From a virus, in the IMG/VR virus record IMGVR_UViG_3300014913_001094, positions 1 through 64,000 of that record: a DNA stretch of 64,000 nucleotides. One strand, 5' to 3'. Under the pieces are notes generated by a model, which was given only the letters and a program-made list of their open reading frames with translations, was not told where the DNA came from and did not search any database. The number at the start of each line of letters is the position of its first letter. Within the stretch, counting starts at the first letter, position 1. This document shows positions 35,942 to 44,902 of this stretch, piece after piece. The position numbers and the translations under genes were made by a program.

Positions 35942-37954
35942 ATGAAGATCTTTGACATGCTTGTTCATGAAGGACATCAATATGAACTCTGCAAATTGGG
36001 TTGTGACTTCACAGTTATGACGGATGAGAGTACAGGTAAGGTTTGGGATACAAAAATGCGTCCTGTACCATCTAATGTCACTTTTGTTGATAAAGTGGGA
36101 CTATCTATAAAGACTATTGAGTCACATGATCTTGCAATTATTCGCAATTATAGACAATTTAAATTGTTGGAAAATTGTCGCTTACCAAAAATAATTGTGA
36201 TGCATTGTTCAAGACATGGTCAAGGTAATGTAGAATTTGTACAAGAAGATCTTTCTAATTATACAATAGTATTTTGTTCTCACAAGGATAAAGAAAGATG
36301 GAACCTTGCTTCTGGTAGACAGCATGTTATTTATCCTGGATTAGATCCAAATGAATGGCCAATTAGTCAAAGAACAACAAACAGAGTGTTTACAGTAGGG
36401 AGAATGATAAAAGAGCGGAGTAAGATTTGTGGTTTCAAGATTGTTGAAGAGTTCCAAAGGAGTAGGATACCAGTTAGTGTAGTTGGAGACAATCCTGCAA
36501 TACAAGTTCAAGCTCCTGGTAGTTTTGAAGCATTTAAAAGAAATCATGAAAGATATGCAGTCTATTTGAATCCAACTCTAAGGTCACCACAACCTCGTGG
36601 CCGAGTTGAAGCAATGATGTCAGGAATCCCTATTGTAACAACAGCGTTTTATGATGAGTCATCTTTTATTGAGAACGGCATCAATGGTTTTTTCTCAAAT
36701 AATGCTCAACAGTTAAAAGAATATGCTGTTTTACTGTTAAATGATCGAACCTTACAAGAGTCAATGGCAACTAAAAGTAGACAAACAGCAGTAGAGCATT
36801 TTCACATTGATAGATTTCTTGGACAATGGAGAGAAATTATTGAAGAGATGGTTGGAAGTGCAAATATTCCTATCATCAAAGCACGACCAACGAATATATC
36901 TATGACAAGAAAAGATAGTAGTGGTGGTGGAGGAACAGTAACATCAAACAATGTAGTTGAAGGACTAAAGAAAAGCGGATACAATGTAAGCTGCTTAGAT
37001 ATTAACAGCAAAGGATGGGTTTCTTTTGTAAATGATATTAAGCTCCCAGCTACTGGCGATAGAATATTCGAGAATTATATTAGACAAAATCCATGCGATG
37101 TTTTGATTTTTGATGATGTAGCTCGATATATATTATGTAAAGACTCCATCGATCCTCATTGTCGAGTGTTTTTATGTCTTCTTGGTAATCCTCAAGTTCA
37201 CTCAGAACATTGGGCAAGTTCAGGAGTAAATCTCAATGACCCAGATAATCGTATAGAAAGAATTTTATGTAGACCTGTATATGCTAAATTTCTAAAAGTT
37301 CAATTTGGAGATGAAAGGGTGATAAGCTGGGTTGGTGGATGTGATGGAGAAGCGTTGCGTAGAGAATATGGCTCCGCTCAATATAGAAGTCCACAAGATG
37401 GAGCACTAGTTATATCAGCTCATAGAGGTACAGATTGGTGGAAAAACCCAACAACTTCATTCCTAGCAGCTTATGGGTTATCCAAGACACATCCTGGGTT
37501 AATATATTTTAAGCCTAGCGGAAATGAGATGGAAAAGCAATTTCTTAAGCATTCGCCATTTGATATTCAATATGGTGGAACACGTAGAGAAGGAATGGAA
37601 AGAGAAAAGCTTTTAAGAACAATGGCTTGTGCTCAATTAGCAATTGAACCTGGATATTCAGAAGGGTTTTCGAGATCTTGTAATGAGATGATGAACTTTG
37701 GTATACCAGTAATTCAAGGACCGAATGCACAGCATTTGAGACAAAACGAGCTTCTCAGTAAATACTTATTGCTTAATGATGGAAGTGATATTCAAGAATT
37801 GGTTGAAAAGTCATCAGCTCTTTTGGAAGATAAAGAGCTGTGGGAACAGGTTAGTGCAGAATGTATTGAGTTTTCTGCACAATATGATATACAACAAGAA
37901 GTAGCAACTTTACTTGAGGCTTTAGGAGATGAAGATCATGAAGCTGGCTGCTAA
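35942..37954 (+). CDS. Tandem GT-B (GT4-like) glycosyltransferase
   Basis: EAMMSGIPIVTT..IENGINGF in the first domain; SEGFSRSCNEMMNFGIPVI in the second. Confidence 0.85.
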   Translation: MKIFDMLVHEGHQYELCKLGCDFTVMTDESTGKVWDTKMRPVPSNVTFVDKVGLSIKTIESHDLAIIRNYRQFKLLENCRLPKIIVMHCSRHGQGNVEFVQEDLSNYTIVFCSHKDKERWNLASGRQHVIYPGLDPNEWPISQRTTNRVFTVGRMIKERSKICGFKIVEEFQRSRIPVSVVGDNPAIQVQAPGSFEAFKRNHERYAVYLNPTLRSPQPRGRVEAMMSGIPIVTTAFYDESSFIENGINGFFSNNAQQLKEYAVLLLNDRTLQESMATKSRQTAVEHFHIDRFLGQWREIIEEMVGSANIPIIKARPTNISMTRKDSSGGGGTVTSNNVVEGLKKSGYNVSCLDINSKGWVSFVNDIKLPATGDRIFENYIRQNPCDVLIFDDVARYILCKDSIDPHCRVFLCLLGNPQVHSEHWASSGVNLNDPDNRIERILCRPVYAKFLKVQFGDERVISWVGGCDGEALRREYGSAQYRSPQDGALVISAHRGTDWWKNPTTSFLAAYGLSKTHPGLIYFKPSGNEMEKQFLKHSPFDIQYGGTRREGMEREKLLRTMACAQLAIEPGYSEGFSRSCNEMMNFGIPVIQGPNAQHLRQNELLSKYLLLNDGSDIQELVEKSSALLEDKELWEQVSAECIEFSAQYDIQQEVATLLEALGDEDHEAGC

Positions 37955-38696
37955 GACAGAGCCCAATAAAGAAAAGATGCAAACAATATGGGATGCTGGA
38001 TTTCGGTATCTTGAAATTTATACAACTGTTCAAAATATCAATAAGGATAGTGAGGACTTACTTAATTCATTTGAATTTGAATATGCTATACATGCTCCTA
38101 TCTATTCTTTTGATGAGAGTGTAATTGATTTTGCTCATCATGTTGGAGCACGAATTATAAATACACATAAGATTCTTAATCCTGATAGATTTAGAGAATT
38201 AGTACAATACGCTAGAGGAAAAAATATAACAATAACAATAGAAAATGATTCACTTCCTTCAGCTCATCAAATTAAAGATGGACAGTTGATAGTGATGCCA
38301 CCAGAGCCCTTTCATGCAGCTTCAGATGGAGAGAGAATAGTACGAGACATATTAGGAGTAAAGTTGTGCTTAGATATTGAGCACGCTTGGTTAAGAGGAG
38401 AATATAGTCAGATTCTTACAGCACACGCTTCACATCACATTAGACATGTTCATTTAACGGGCTACATATCATCCAATTCAAAAGGATTTCATAGGCCTGT
38501 ATATGAGAGTGACTTTTTAGTAGAGAATACAATTCATTACCTAGCACGAGAAAGCTACGAAGGTTTTGTAGTATGTGAGCACAATGTGCAGTATCATACA
38601 TTTGAAATATGGAAGAGATCTTTTGATTTTTGTAACGACATTATAGTAGAGAAAGAAATGCTAAATAGGACCAAATTAGCTAGGAGAACCAAATGA
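37929..38696 (+). CDS. Sugar-phosphate isomerase/epimerase-like TIM barrel (AP endonuclease 2 family)
   Basis: IHAP, TIEN, LCLDIEH, HVHL, H.P and VCEH metal-ligand motifs. Confidence 0.75.
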   Translation: MKIMKLAAKTEPNKEKMQTIWDAGFRYLEIYTTVQNINKDSEDLLNSFEFEYAIHAPIYSFDESVIDFAHHVGARIINTHKILNPDRFRELVQYARGKNITITIENDSLPSAHQIKDGQLIVMPPEPFHAASDGERIVRDILGVKLCLDIEHAWLRGEYSQILTAHASHHIRHVHLTGYISSNSKGFHRPVYESDFLVENTIHYLARESYEGFVVCEHNVQYHTFEIWKRSFDFCNDIIVEKEMLNRTKLARRTK

Positions 38697-40642
38697 ATTT
38701 TCGCCTAAAAACAAGTACAAACATTCAACAAGCTATTGGAAGAAGAATGTATCCAGATCCACATATGGCTATTGTTGAGCTTGTAAGTAATTCTTATGAC
38801 GCTGATGCCGATAAGGTACATGTTATTGTAACAGCAGATAAGATTATTGTCCACGACGATGGTTGGGGCATGACAGAAGATAATCTAGCCGGATTCTTTA
38901 CGATTGGTAAAAGTTCGAAAGCCCCTTCAGAAAAGGGCAGAGAGCCAATTGGAACATTCGGAATTGGTAAATTTGCTATTCTTAGTATGGCAGAGCAGTT
39001 CTTAGTATTCTCAAAGTCTGAAACTGGTCCCTACAGAAGCTGTGCATTTTATTCACACGAAGCAGCAATAGCAGCAGGTGATTTAATCGACGACTATGAG
39101 ATTGAAGTAAGTACATATTTAACAGAAGAAGAGTATGAAACTGCTCTTGTTGCAGAGATTGGTACAGAGCTGTATGATGTAAATAAAACTGGCGTTTGCA
39201 TTATTATGAAGAATCTTCATAGACAATATTCTGATATGGCTATTCGAGAGAGGCTTTCTGAAATGCTTGTTCCCCAAGCAGAGAGCGAGTTCAGTGTATT
39301 TGTTAATGATGAGCTGCTTGAAGAAAAGTATGTTCATGGTCTTCGTTACGATATTGATCTTACCACTGAATTTGGTCCAATCACAGGCGAGATTGTCATA
39401 GCAGCAGAGAGCATTGATCTTGCAGATCAGGCTGGTGTTCAAATTCAAGTACAGAGTAGAGGAGTATATAGAACCTATTTTGGACTTGAAGGTTATGATA
39501 AGTCGGCAGGTCGTCTTTCAGGATATGTGGTTGCCAATTGGCTTAAGGATGTGATCTCTTCTAATAGAACAGATTTGATTGCCTCTCCAGAAAAAACAGC
39601 ATTTGAAGCTGCTGTTACAGAAGCTATTCGTTCCATCCTCGACGTTGAAGCTCAGAAGAGAGCAGCAGAAGACGAAGAACGAAAAGCAGAAGTTCTTAAT
39701 AGAGCTGTTAGAACAGTAACAAATATTTTAAACAAGCTTCCAGAGTTTGATTTTCCACAGAGACCTATGCAGTCAATGATTCCTGTAGGGATTCTCGAAG
39801 ATGTTCTCGCCGGTAAAGATCCAGCAGGAGAAATAAATGAAGATGGAAGTATGGAAGCAACAGTATCTGCTGCTTCAGGTGCTTTTAAGGAATTGTTAAA
39901 ATATCTAAGAGAAATAGCACCACAATTCAATGTTGATCCTTCTGATGTTCCTACTGAAGTTCGTACCATCTCTGAATTGCTCGATGTAGTTGAGAAGGTA
40001 CTTGGAGTATCGCTGGTTGAACTAATTGGAAAAGAAGCTCTTGAGCAATTAATTAGTGCAGCTATCCCAGAAGCAGAAATGGAAGATGAAGAAAGAATTA
40101 GAGGTGCATTTAGATTAGTTAGTCAAAGAATTGAGCAGCTAATAAGAGAAATTACAGCACAAGAAGATATGCCAACAGAATGTGCCCAACCAGCAGAAGG
40201 TGTTTCTTTACGTACTCCTATTACCAATTCGTTGGAGCTAGGTAAGATTAATCTTACTCCTATTGCTCCTCCACTTGACTTTTCTTCTTTAGATCTCAAT
40301 ATTAATCCTCAAGAAGACGGATATGTTCCAGATGCACCACAAGCACAAATAAACAACTTTGTTGCTGCTAGTGTTGAGCATCTTGGAGAAGATGGTCCCG
40401 CAAGCATGGTAGCTGAGGGAGCAGGTTTCGACGGTATTCAAATTTACATTAATGCAGATCATCCAGTATATCAAGGTATCAAAGAGGATTCCCCAAGTAT
40501 GCTTGCTTTTTATCAAGCACAGTTAATTTTTGGTGAGGTTATTTTAATGCAGAACTTTACACCAAGAGAGGCAATGGATAAACAAGCAGAACTCATGAGA
40601 TTACTTGTCAATACTGACAGAAAGATTCTTAAATTTAAATAA
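38693..40642 (+). CDS. GHKL (MORC/Hsp90-like) ATPase
   Basis: ELVSNSYDADA, DDGWGM, IGTFGIGK, TGV motifs; C-terminal IYINADHPVY. Confidence 0.88.
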   Translation: MNFRLKTSTNIQQAIGRRMYPDPHMAIVELVSNSYDADADKVHVIVTADKIIVHDDGWGMTEDNLAGFFTIGKSSKAPSEKGREPIGTFGIGKFAILSMAEQFLVFSKSETGPYRSCAFYSHEAAIAAGDLIDDYEIEVSTYLTEEEYETALVAEIGTELYDVNKTGVCIIMKNLHRQYSDMAIRERLSEMLVPQAESEFSVFVNDELLEEKYVHGLRYDIDLTTEFGPITGEIVIAAESIDLADQAGVQIQVQSRGVYRTYFGLEGYDKSAGRLSGYVVANWLKDVISSNRTDLIASPEKTAFEAAVTEAIRSILDVEAQKRAAEDEERKAEVLNRAVRTVTNILNKLPEFDFPQRPMQSMIPVGILEDVLAGKDPAGEINEDGSMEATVSAASGAFKELLKYLREIAPQFNVDPSDVPTEVRTISELLDVVEKVLGVSLVELIGKEALEQLISAAIPEAEMEDEERIRGAFRLVSQRIEQLIREITAQEDMPTECAQPAEGVSLRTPITNSLELGKINLTPIAPPLDFSSLDLNINPQEDGYVPDAPQAQINNFVAASVEHLGEDGPASMVAEGAGFDGIQIYINADHPVYQGIKEDSPSMLAFYQAQLIFGEVILMQNFTPREAMDKQAELMRLLVNTDRKILKFK

Positions 40643-40651
40643 GGAGTAGAA

Positions 40652-40891
40652 ATGGTAACAGTAACAAACAGTGCTGAGTTAAATGCAGCAATTGCAGCAA
40701 CAGAAGCACAGATTGTGTGTGAGACAGGTACGTATGTGGTATCTGCTGTACCAACATACAATTGCTTGCTCACTATGAGAGTTGGGGCAATTCTAACAGG
40801 TGCAATTGAGAATTTTTGTTTAGGACATCCTGGCGCAATGGCTCATCTTGTGTACGAAGGTGCGACAATTCCAGAAGATTATAATCCGTAG
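40652..40891 (+). CDS. Small hypothetical protein (paralog of 25461..25682)
   Basis: MVTVTNSAELNAAIAA; AAGGAG RBS. Confidence 0.75.
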   Translation: MVTVTNSAELNAAIAATEAQIVCETGTYVVSAVPTYNCLLTMRVGAILTGAIENFCLGHPGAMAHLVYEGATIPEDYNP

Positions 40892-40904
40892 GAGGATATA
40901 GATC

Positions 40905-41789
40905 ATGGCATTAGAAACTAATTTAGTATCATATTGGAAAATGGATGAAACATCTGGAACAAGATCTGACTCAAAAGGGTCAAATGATCTTACAGCAAGT
41001 GGCGTTGACTACGACACAGGTCAGTTCAATAATGCAGCAGATTTTAATGACCTTTCAGATTATTTAACAATAGCCGATGGTAGTCAAAGTGGTCTTGACG
41101 GTTCTCTTGACTTTTCATTCTCTCTTTGGGTAAATTGGCGAGGTGTGAGTTCAAGTGGAGATAATCAGTTTATAGCTAAACACTCTAGCCCCTTCCATTC
41201 TACTAGTCCAAATTACGACCTTGCGGCCCGTCTAACTTCAGGTCGTCTGATACTCTCTTCCACCATGACTGGAGGGAGTACTGCTTCTCTTACTGGTGGC
41301 TTTTGGACATTTTCCACAGATACATGGCATCACATTGTTGTGACAAGAGCAAATTCTGGTAATTTGACTTTGTATCTTAATAATGTTTTATATTTTCAGA
41401 CTGCTTCAGGTGGAGGAACAAGTCACGACAGCGACCGGCCATTCTATATTGGCAACCGTTACAACCCTACTCCAAGTGAAGGTGCTGATGCGCTAATTGA
41501 TGAAGTTGGTTTCTGGAGTCGCGAATTGACGACTGATGAAGTTGAAGAGCTACATAACTCTGGTAGTGGTCTCCAATTTGATAATGAAAAGCCTGGCGAA
41601 TTTGACGATATTCCTCCAATTTGTTGGAACTACACAGCACAATACAAAGGCTCTACCAAAATGTTCAAAATGTCTGGTCCTGGCGACTTCCCAAAAAGAA
41701 TCAGTATCCCAGGTAATATAGATACATCAACCGGTAAAATGATTGATGATGGTCAAGAAATTGACCCTTCAAATTACGAAGTAGAGTGA
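40905..41789 (+). CDS. LamG/concanavalin A-like domain virion protein (paralog of 25695..26591)
   Basis: LVSYWKMDE, FSFSLWV, WHHIVVT, IDEVGFWSRELT; near-identical C-terminal ~58 aa. Confidence 0.85.
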   Translation: MALETNLVSYWKMDETSGTRSDSKGSNDLTASGVDYDTGQFNNAADFNDLSDYLTIADGSQSGLDGSLDFSFSLWVNWRGVSSSGDNQFIAKHSSPFHSTSPNYDLAARLTSGRLILSSTMTGGSTASLTGGFWTFSTDTWHHIVVTRANSGNLTLYLNNVLYFQTASGGGTSHDSDRPFYIGNRYNPTPSEGADALIDEVGFWSRELTTDEVEELHNSGSGLQFDNEKPGEFDDIPPICWNYTAQYKGSTKMFKMSGPGDFPKRISIPGNIDTSTGKMIDDGQEIDPSNYEVE

Positions 41790-41805
41790 GTAAAAAGGAA
41801 AGAAA

Positions 41806-43257
41806 ATGAAAGTAGTAACTCGATTTGCACCCACAATTAGTGGAGACCTACATATTGGTGGTTTGTATAATGCTCTTGTAAATTATTTGTTTGCTAAAAG
41901 GTATGATGGTGATTTTAAGCTTCGACTCGATGGAATATTTACCAACGATGACAGGCTACAATGGCAAAAGAGTCTTGAAGAGGATCTAATAACCTTTGGT
42001 TTAATTCCAGACGAGGTTCTTAGGTGCTCTGATAGACTTGAATATTACAAGACAACAGCAACAAGCATGCTTTTGGATCACCCAAGATCATACTACTGCG
42101 ACTGTACAGTGCAAGATTTATTGAAGCGTGCTGATAAAAGTGATGTAGGATTTTATCATTTATATCGTCCAGAAAAGTATCCGCCATATTGTAAGATAGC
42201 GCAAATCAAGTTATTTGGTTTAGAAAATGACAACAATATTGCAGTAGGATGTGGAGTTAAATCAGGCACTACATCGCAGAATAGTTCTATTGAATGTCTA
42301 ACAGGACATACTGCAAATAAGAATAAGTATTGGGAGCCAGTAGATTCAGGTTATGCATTTCATCCAATGAAGCCTGAAGTGACTATTCACTTCAAAGAGG
42401 CAACAGATGTGAGTGGAATCGAAATTGTATGGCGAGATAGACCAATTCAAGAATACAAAGTAGAAGTGTGTACAGAAGGTAAAGGGAGTCAGGAAGTTGT
42501 TCACTGCAGTAAACCAGGAAGGCATTTTGTAGACCATAAACCAGGCCAACCTTATCCTACTTTAACAAGTGATAAGCAAAGCTTTGCTGCAGTTAAGGGT
42601 ACATATGTGAGGATAACTTTTATTGGATGTCCTCGACCTGTAGATCGACCATATTTTTATGATTATCATTGTCGTGATCTTGGTAAGTCTTTAGATCTTA
42701 CCGAGCGCGATGCAACAATGAGAATGAAAAATAAAGATTGGTATGAGGGTGGCTACAGTGGTCCAGTAGACTTTTTGACTCAAGAGTCAACCATTCAGCC
42801 CGAAGATCTTAATGTTGATACCTGTTGGTGGTTTGGACGAGCACCAGATTTAGTTTTTACAAGCCCGCTTGACGATCATGACCTTGGAGTTACACATTTG
42901 CTGAGAGGTGAAGATATTCAACCTTTTAGTGTGATAGAGTCACAAATTGCAGAAGCAATGGGAATGTTGGTAAAACCCCAGCTCTACCATGGAATGATAA
43001 TAGATACAAGCGGATATAAGTACAGTAAGTTTGTTGAGAGTACACCAGTGAGACAACATTTAAAAGACGGAATAACCGCTGATATGATCTTAACCTATCT
43101 TGCACACAGAACAGGATTAGTTGAAAGTCTTGATAAGATTATGACGCCCAAACAGCTGGTACAGTGCTTTGAGGCAAGTAGTATTTTGACTCAAAATATT
43201 GTGATTGATGAAGAAATCATGATTGAAGTGATCAAAGAGAGATTTATAAGGAGCTAA
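41806..43257 (+). CDS. Glutamyl-tRNA synthetase / GluQ-RS catalytic-domain paralog with an inserted discoidin (F5/8 type C)-like domain
   Basis: TRFAPT.SG.LHIGG (HIGH), YYCDC...YDYHCR Zn motif, DD.DLGVTHLLRGED, KYSK (KMSKS); no anticodon-binding domain; ~185-aa insert. Confidence 0.8.
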   Translation: MKVVTRFAPTISGDLHIGGLYNALVNYLFAKRYDGDFKLRLDGIFTNDDRLQWQKSLEEDLITFGLIPDEVLRCSDRLEYYKTTATSMLLDHPRSYYCDCTVQDLLKRADKSDVGFYHLYRPEKYPPYCKIAQIKLFGLENDNNIAVGCGVKSGTTSQNSSIECLTGHTANKNKYWEPVDSGYAFHPMKPEVTIHFKEATDVSGIEIVWRDRPIQEYKVEVCTEGKGSQEVVHCSKPGRHFVDHKPGQPYPTLTSDKQSFAAVKGTYVRITFIGCPRPVDRPYFYDYHCRDLGKSLDLTERDATMRMKNKDWYEGGYSGPVDFLTQESTIQPEDLNVDTCWWFGRAPDLVFTSPLDDHDLGVTHLLRGEDIQPFSVIESQIAEAMGMLVKPQLYHGMIIDTSGYKYSKFVESTPVRQHLKDGITADMILTYLAHRTGLVESLDKIMTPKQLVQCFEASSILTQNIVIDEEIMIEVIKERFIRS

Positions 43258-43260
43258 AAA

Positions 43261-44901
43261 ATGGCCAGTACACCTACCGATAATTTCGGTTATGACAAGC
43301 CAGCAGCTGGTGACAGAGGCTGGGGTACAACAATGAATACCAATCTTACCAATCTCGATGTTCATCTTGCAGCTGAACATCGCAGTAGTTCAGGTAATGA
43401 AGGTAAGCATGGTCCCAATCTTACAATTCTTAATTCAAACTCAACTCCAGCTCTTGATATCACTCAGAGTGCAGGATCTGCAGTAGCAGTTAATATTACT
43501 AATTCGACAACAACTGCGGGTGATATGCTTTCCATTAATTGCAACTCGAGCACTGGCAGCGCCGTATCAGTCACCTCAACTCATACTAATAATTATGTCA
43601 CTTTGATTGATATTGATGACAGCTCTACAAATTCCGGTGGCTGCACTTTTAGTGTAAAGAGTGCAAGGAAAGTCGGTGCTGGGGGTGCTAAGTTTGAGAA
43701 CACATCTACTCACTCAAACAGTTCTTCATTGGCAGTATCAAAGGCTGCAGGAACAAGTGGTAGGGTTCTCAAGGTCACCAACGATGGTAATGGTATAGGA
43801 ATAGATATAAATCATTCTAGCGATGGTGTTATTATAGATATTGATTGCACAAACGCTGGTTCTGGTATTATGACCATCAATCAATCAGGAGCAAGTGGTG
43901 GTGCAGGCATCACAATGACAACAATATGTAATCAGGAGGCTCTAGGAATAACTGCAAATGGTACTCACAGTAATGCTCACGGCATTGAGCTCACCAATAG
44001 TGGTGGTGGCAAGGTCTTGTGGCTCAAACAGTATGCATCTGGCATTGGAATAGATTTAGATTACAATCACACCACTAGTGGCAATGCAGCAATTGATATT
44101 GATACATCAAACCCTGCCAATGTTATTGATATTAACAAAACTCATACAGGTAGTGGAAGTCCGATCAGTATCAACAACTCTGGTACAGGTGTTGGTATTT
44201 ATGCACAACAAGTTGGTACAGGATATGGTCTACAAATTAGAAAGACAGCAACCTCTGGAACGACAGCACTTCTTGAATGTACCTCTACGGCTAATACGAG
44301 CACTCTCTTGTCAATAAGTCACAGTGGTACTGGGAATGCAATAACAGTCAGTCCTTTGAGCTCAGGTAAAGGTATTTTTGTCAACAAGACGACAGTAGCC
44401 GCTGGAGCTTGTATTGATATTATGAACTCTGGAACTGGTCATAGTATTAATATTACACAAAATGGTGATCAAATACCAATAAGAGTTTCAATGGCAAGTG
44501 GCAACACTTATGCTGCCATTTACGTTACAAATTCTGGTTCTGGACATCACTTTGATACTGATGCTGGTTCAGGTACCGCAGCTCATTTAACAAATGGTGG
44601 TGTTTGGACTGATGCGTCTTGCTTTAGAGAGTTTAAAGAAGAGATTGAAGAACTAGATGCTGAGGCACTAACTGACGTATTAGATAGGGTTAGTGAGATG
44701 CCAGTTGCTCGTTATTATGATAAGGCAGATAAGGCTAAAGTACGTCGTCGTCGTTTTGGTCCATTCCAAGATGAATTGGTTGATCGGTTTGGTCTTGATC
44801 CTCGTGGAGTCAGTCCAGTAGAAGTAGCCACAATTGCACTTGCTGCAGTTAAAGCTCTTAAAGCCGAGATGAATGATCTTAAAAAGCAGTTAGGTCAATA
44901 A
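43261..44901 (+). CDS. Fibre/spike protein with beta-solenoid repeats and a C-terminal intramolecular chaperone (peptidase S74-like)
   Basis: Ser/Thr/Gly/Asn repeats (I.I.NSGTG); C-terminal WTDASCFREFKEEI...L..V..MPV..Y...FGP..DE...ALAAVKALK coiled coil. Confidence 0.8.
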   Translation: MASTPTDNFGYDKPAAGDRGWGTTMNTNLTNLDVHLAAEHRSSSGNEGKHGPNLTILNSNSTPALDITQSAGSAVAVNITNSTTTAGDMLSINCNSSTGSAVSVTSTHTNNYVTLIDIDDSSTNSGGCTFSVKSARKVGAGGAKFENTSTHSNSSSLAVSKAAGTSGRVLKVTNDGNGIGIDINHSSDGVIIDIDCTNAGSGIMTINQSGASGGAGITMTTICNQEALGITANGTHSNAHGIELTNSGGGKVLWLKQYASGIGIDLDYNHTTSGNAAIDIDTSNPANVIDINKTHTGSGSPISINNSGTGVGIYAQQVGTGYGLQIRKTATSGTTALLECTSTANTSTLLSISHSGTGNAITVSPLSSGKGIFVNKTTVAAGACIDIMNSGTGHSINITQNGDQIPIRVSMASGNTYAAIYVTNSGSGHHFDTDAGSGTAAHLTNGGVWTDASCFREFKEEIEELDAEALTDVLDRVSEMPVARYYDKADKAKVRRRRFGPFQDELVDRFGLDPRGVSPVEVATIALAAVKALKAEMNDLKKQLGQ

Positions 44902-44902
44902 T

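Noticed and set aside
25461-41789. Diversity-generating retroelement (TR/VR) explanation for the duplicated LamG C-termini
   Set aside because: There is no reverse transcriptase in the window, both copies are coding, and the differences are not confined to adenines.
41806-43257. Calling the gene a canonical gltX or gluQ
   Set aside because: It lacks the anticodon-binding domain, has a large foreign insert and has altered pocket residues, so no symbol was assigned.
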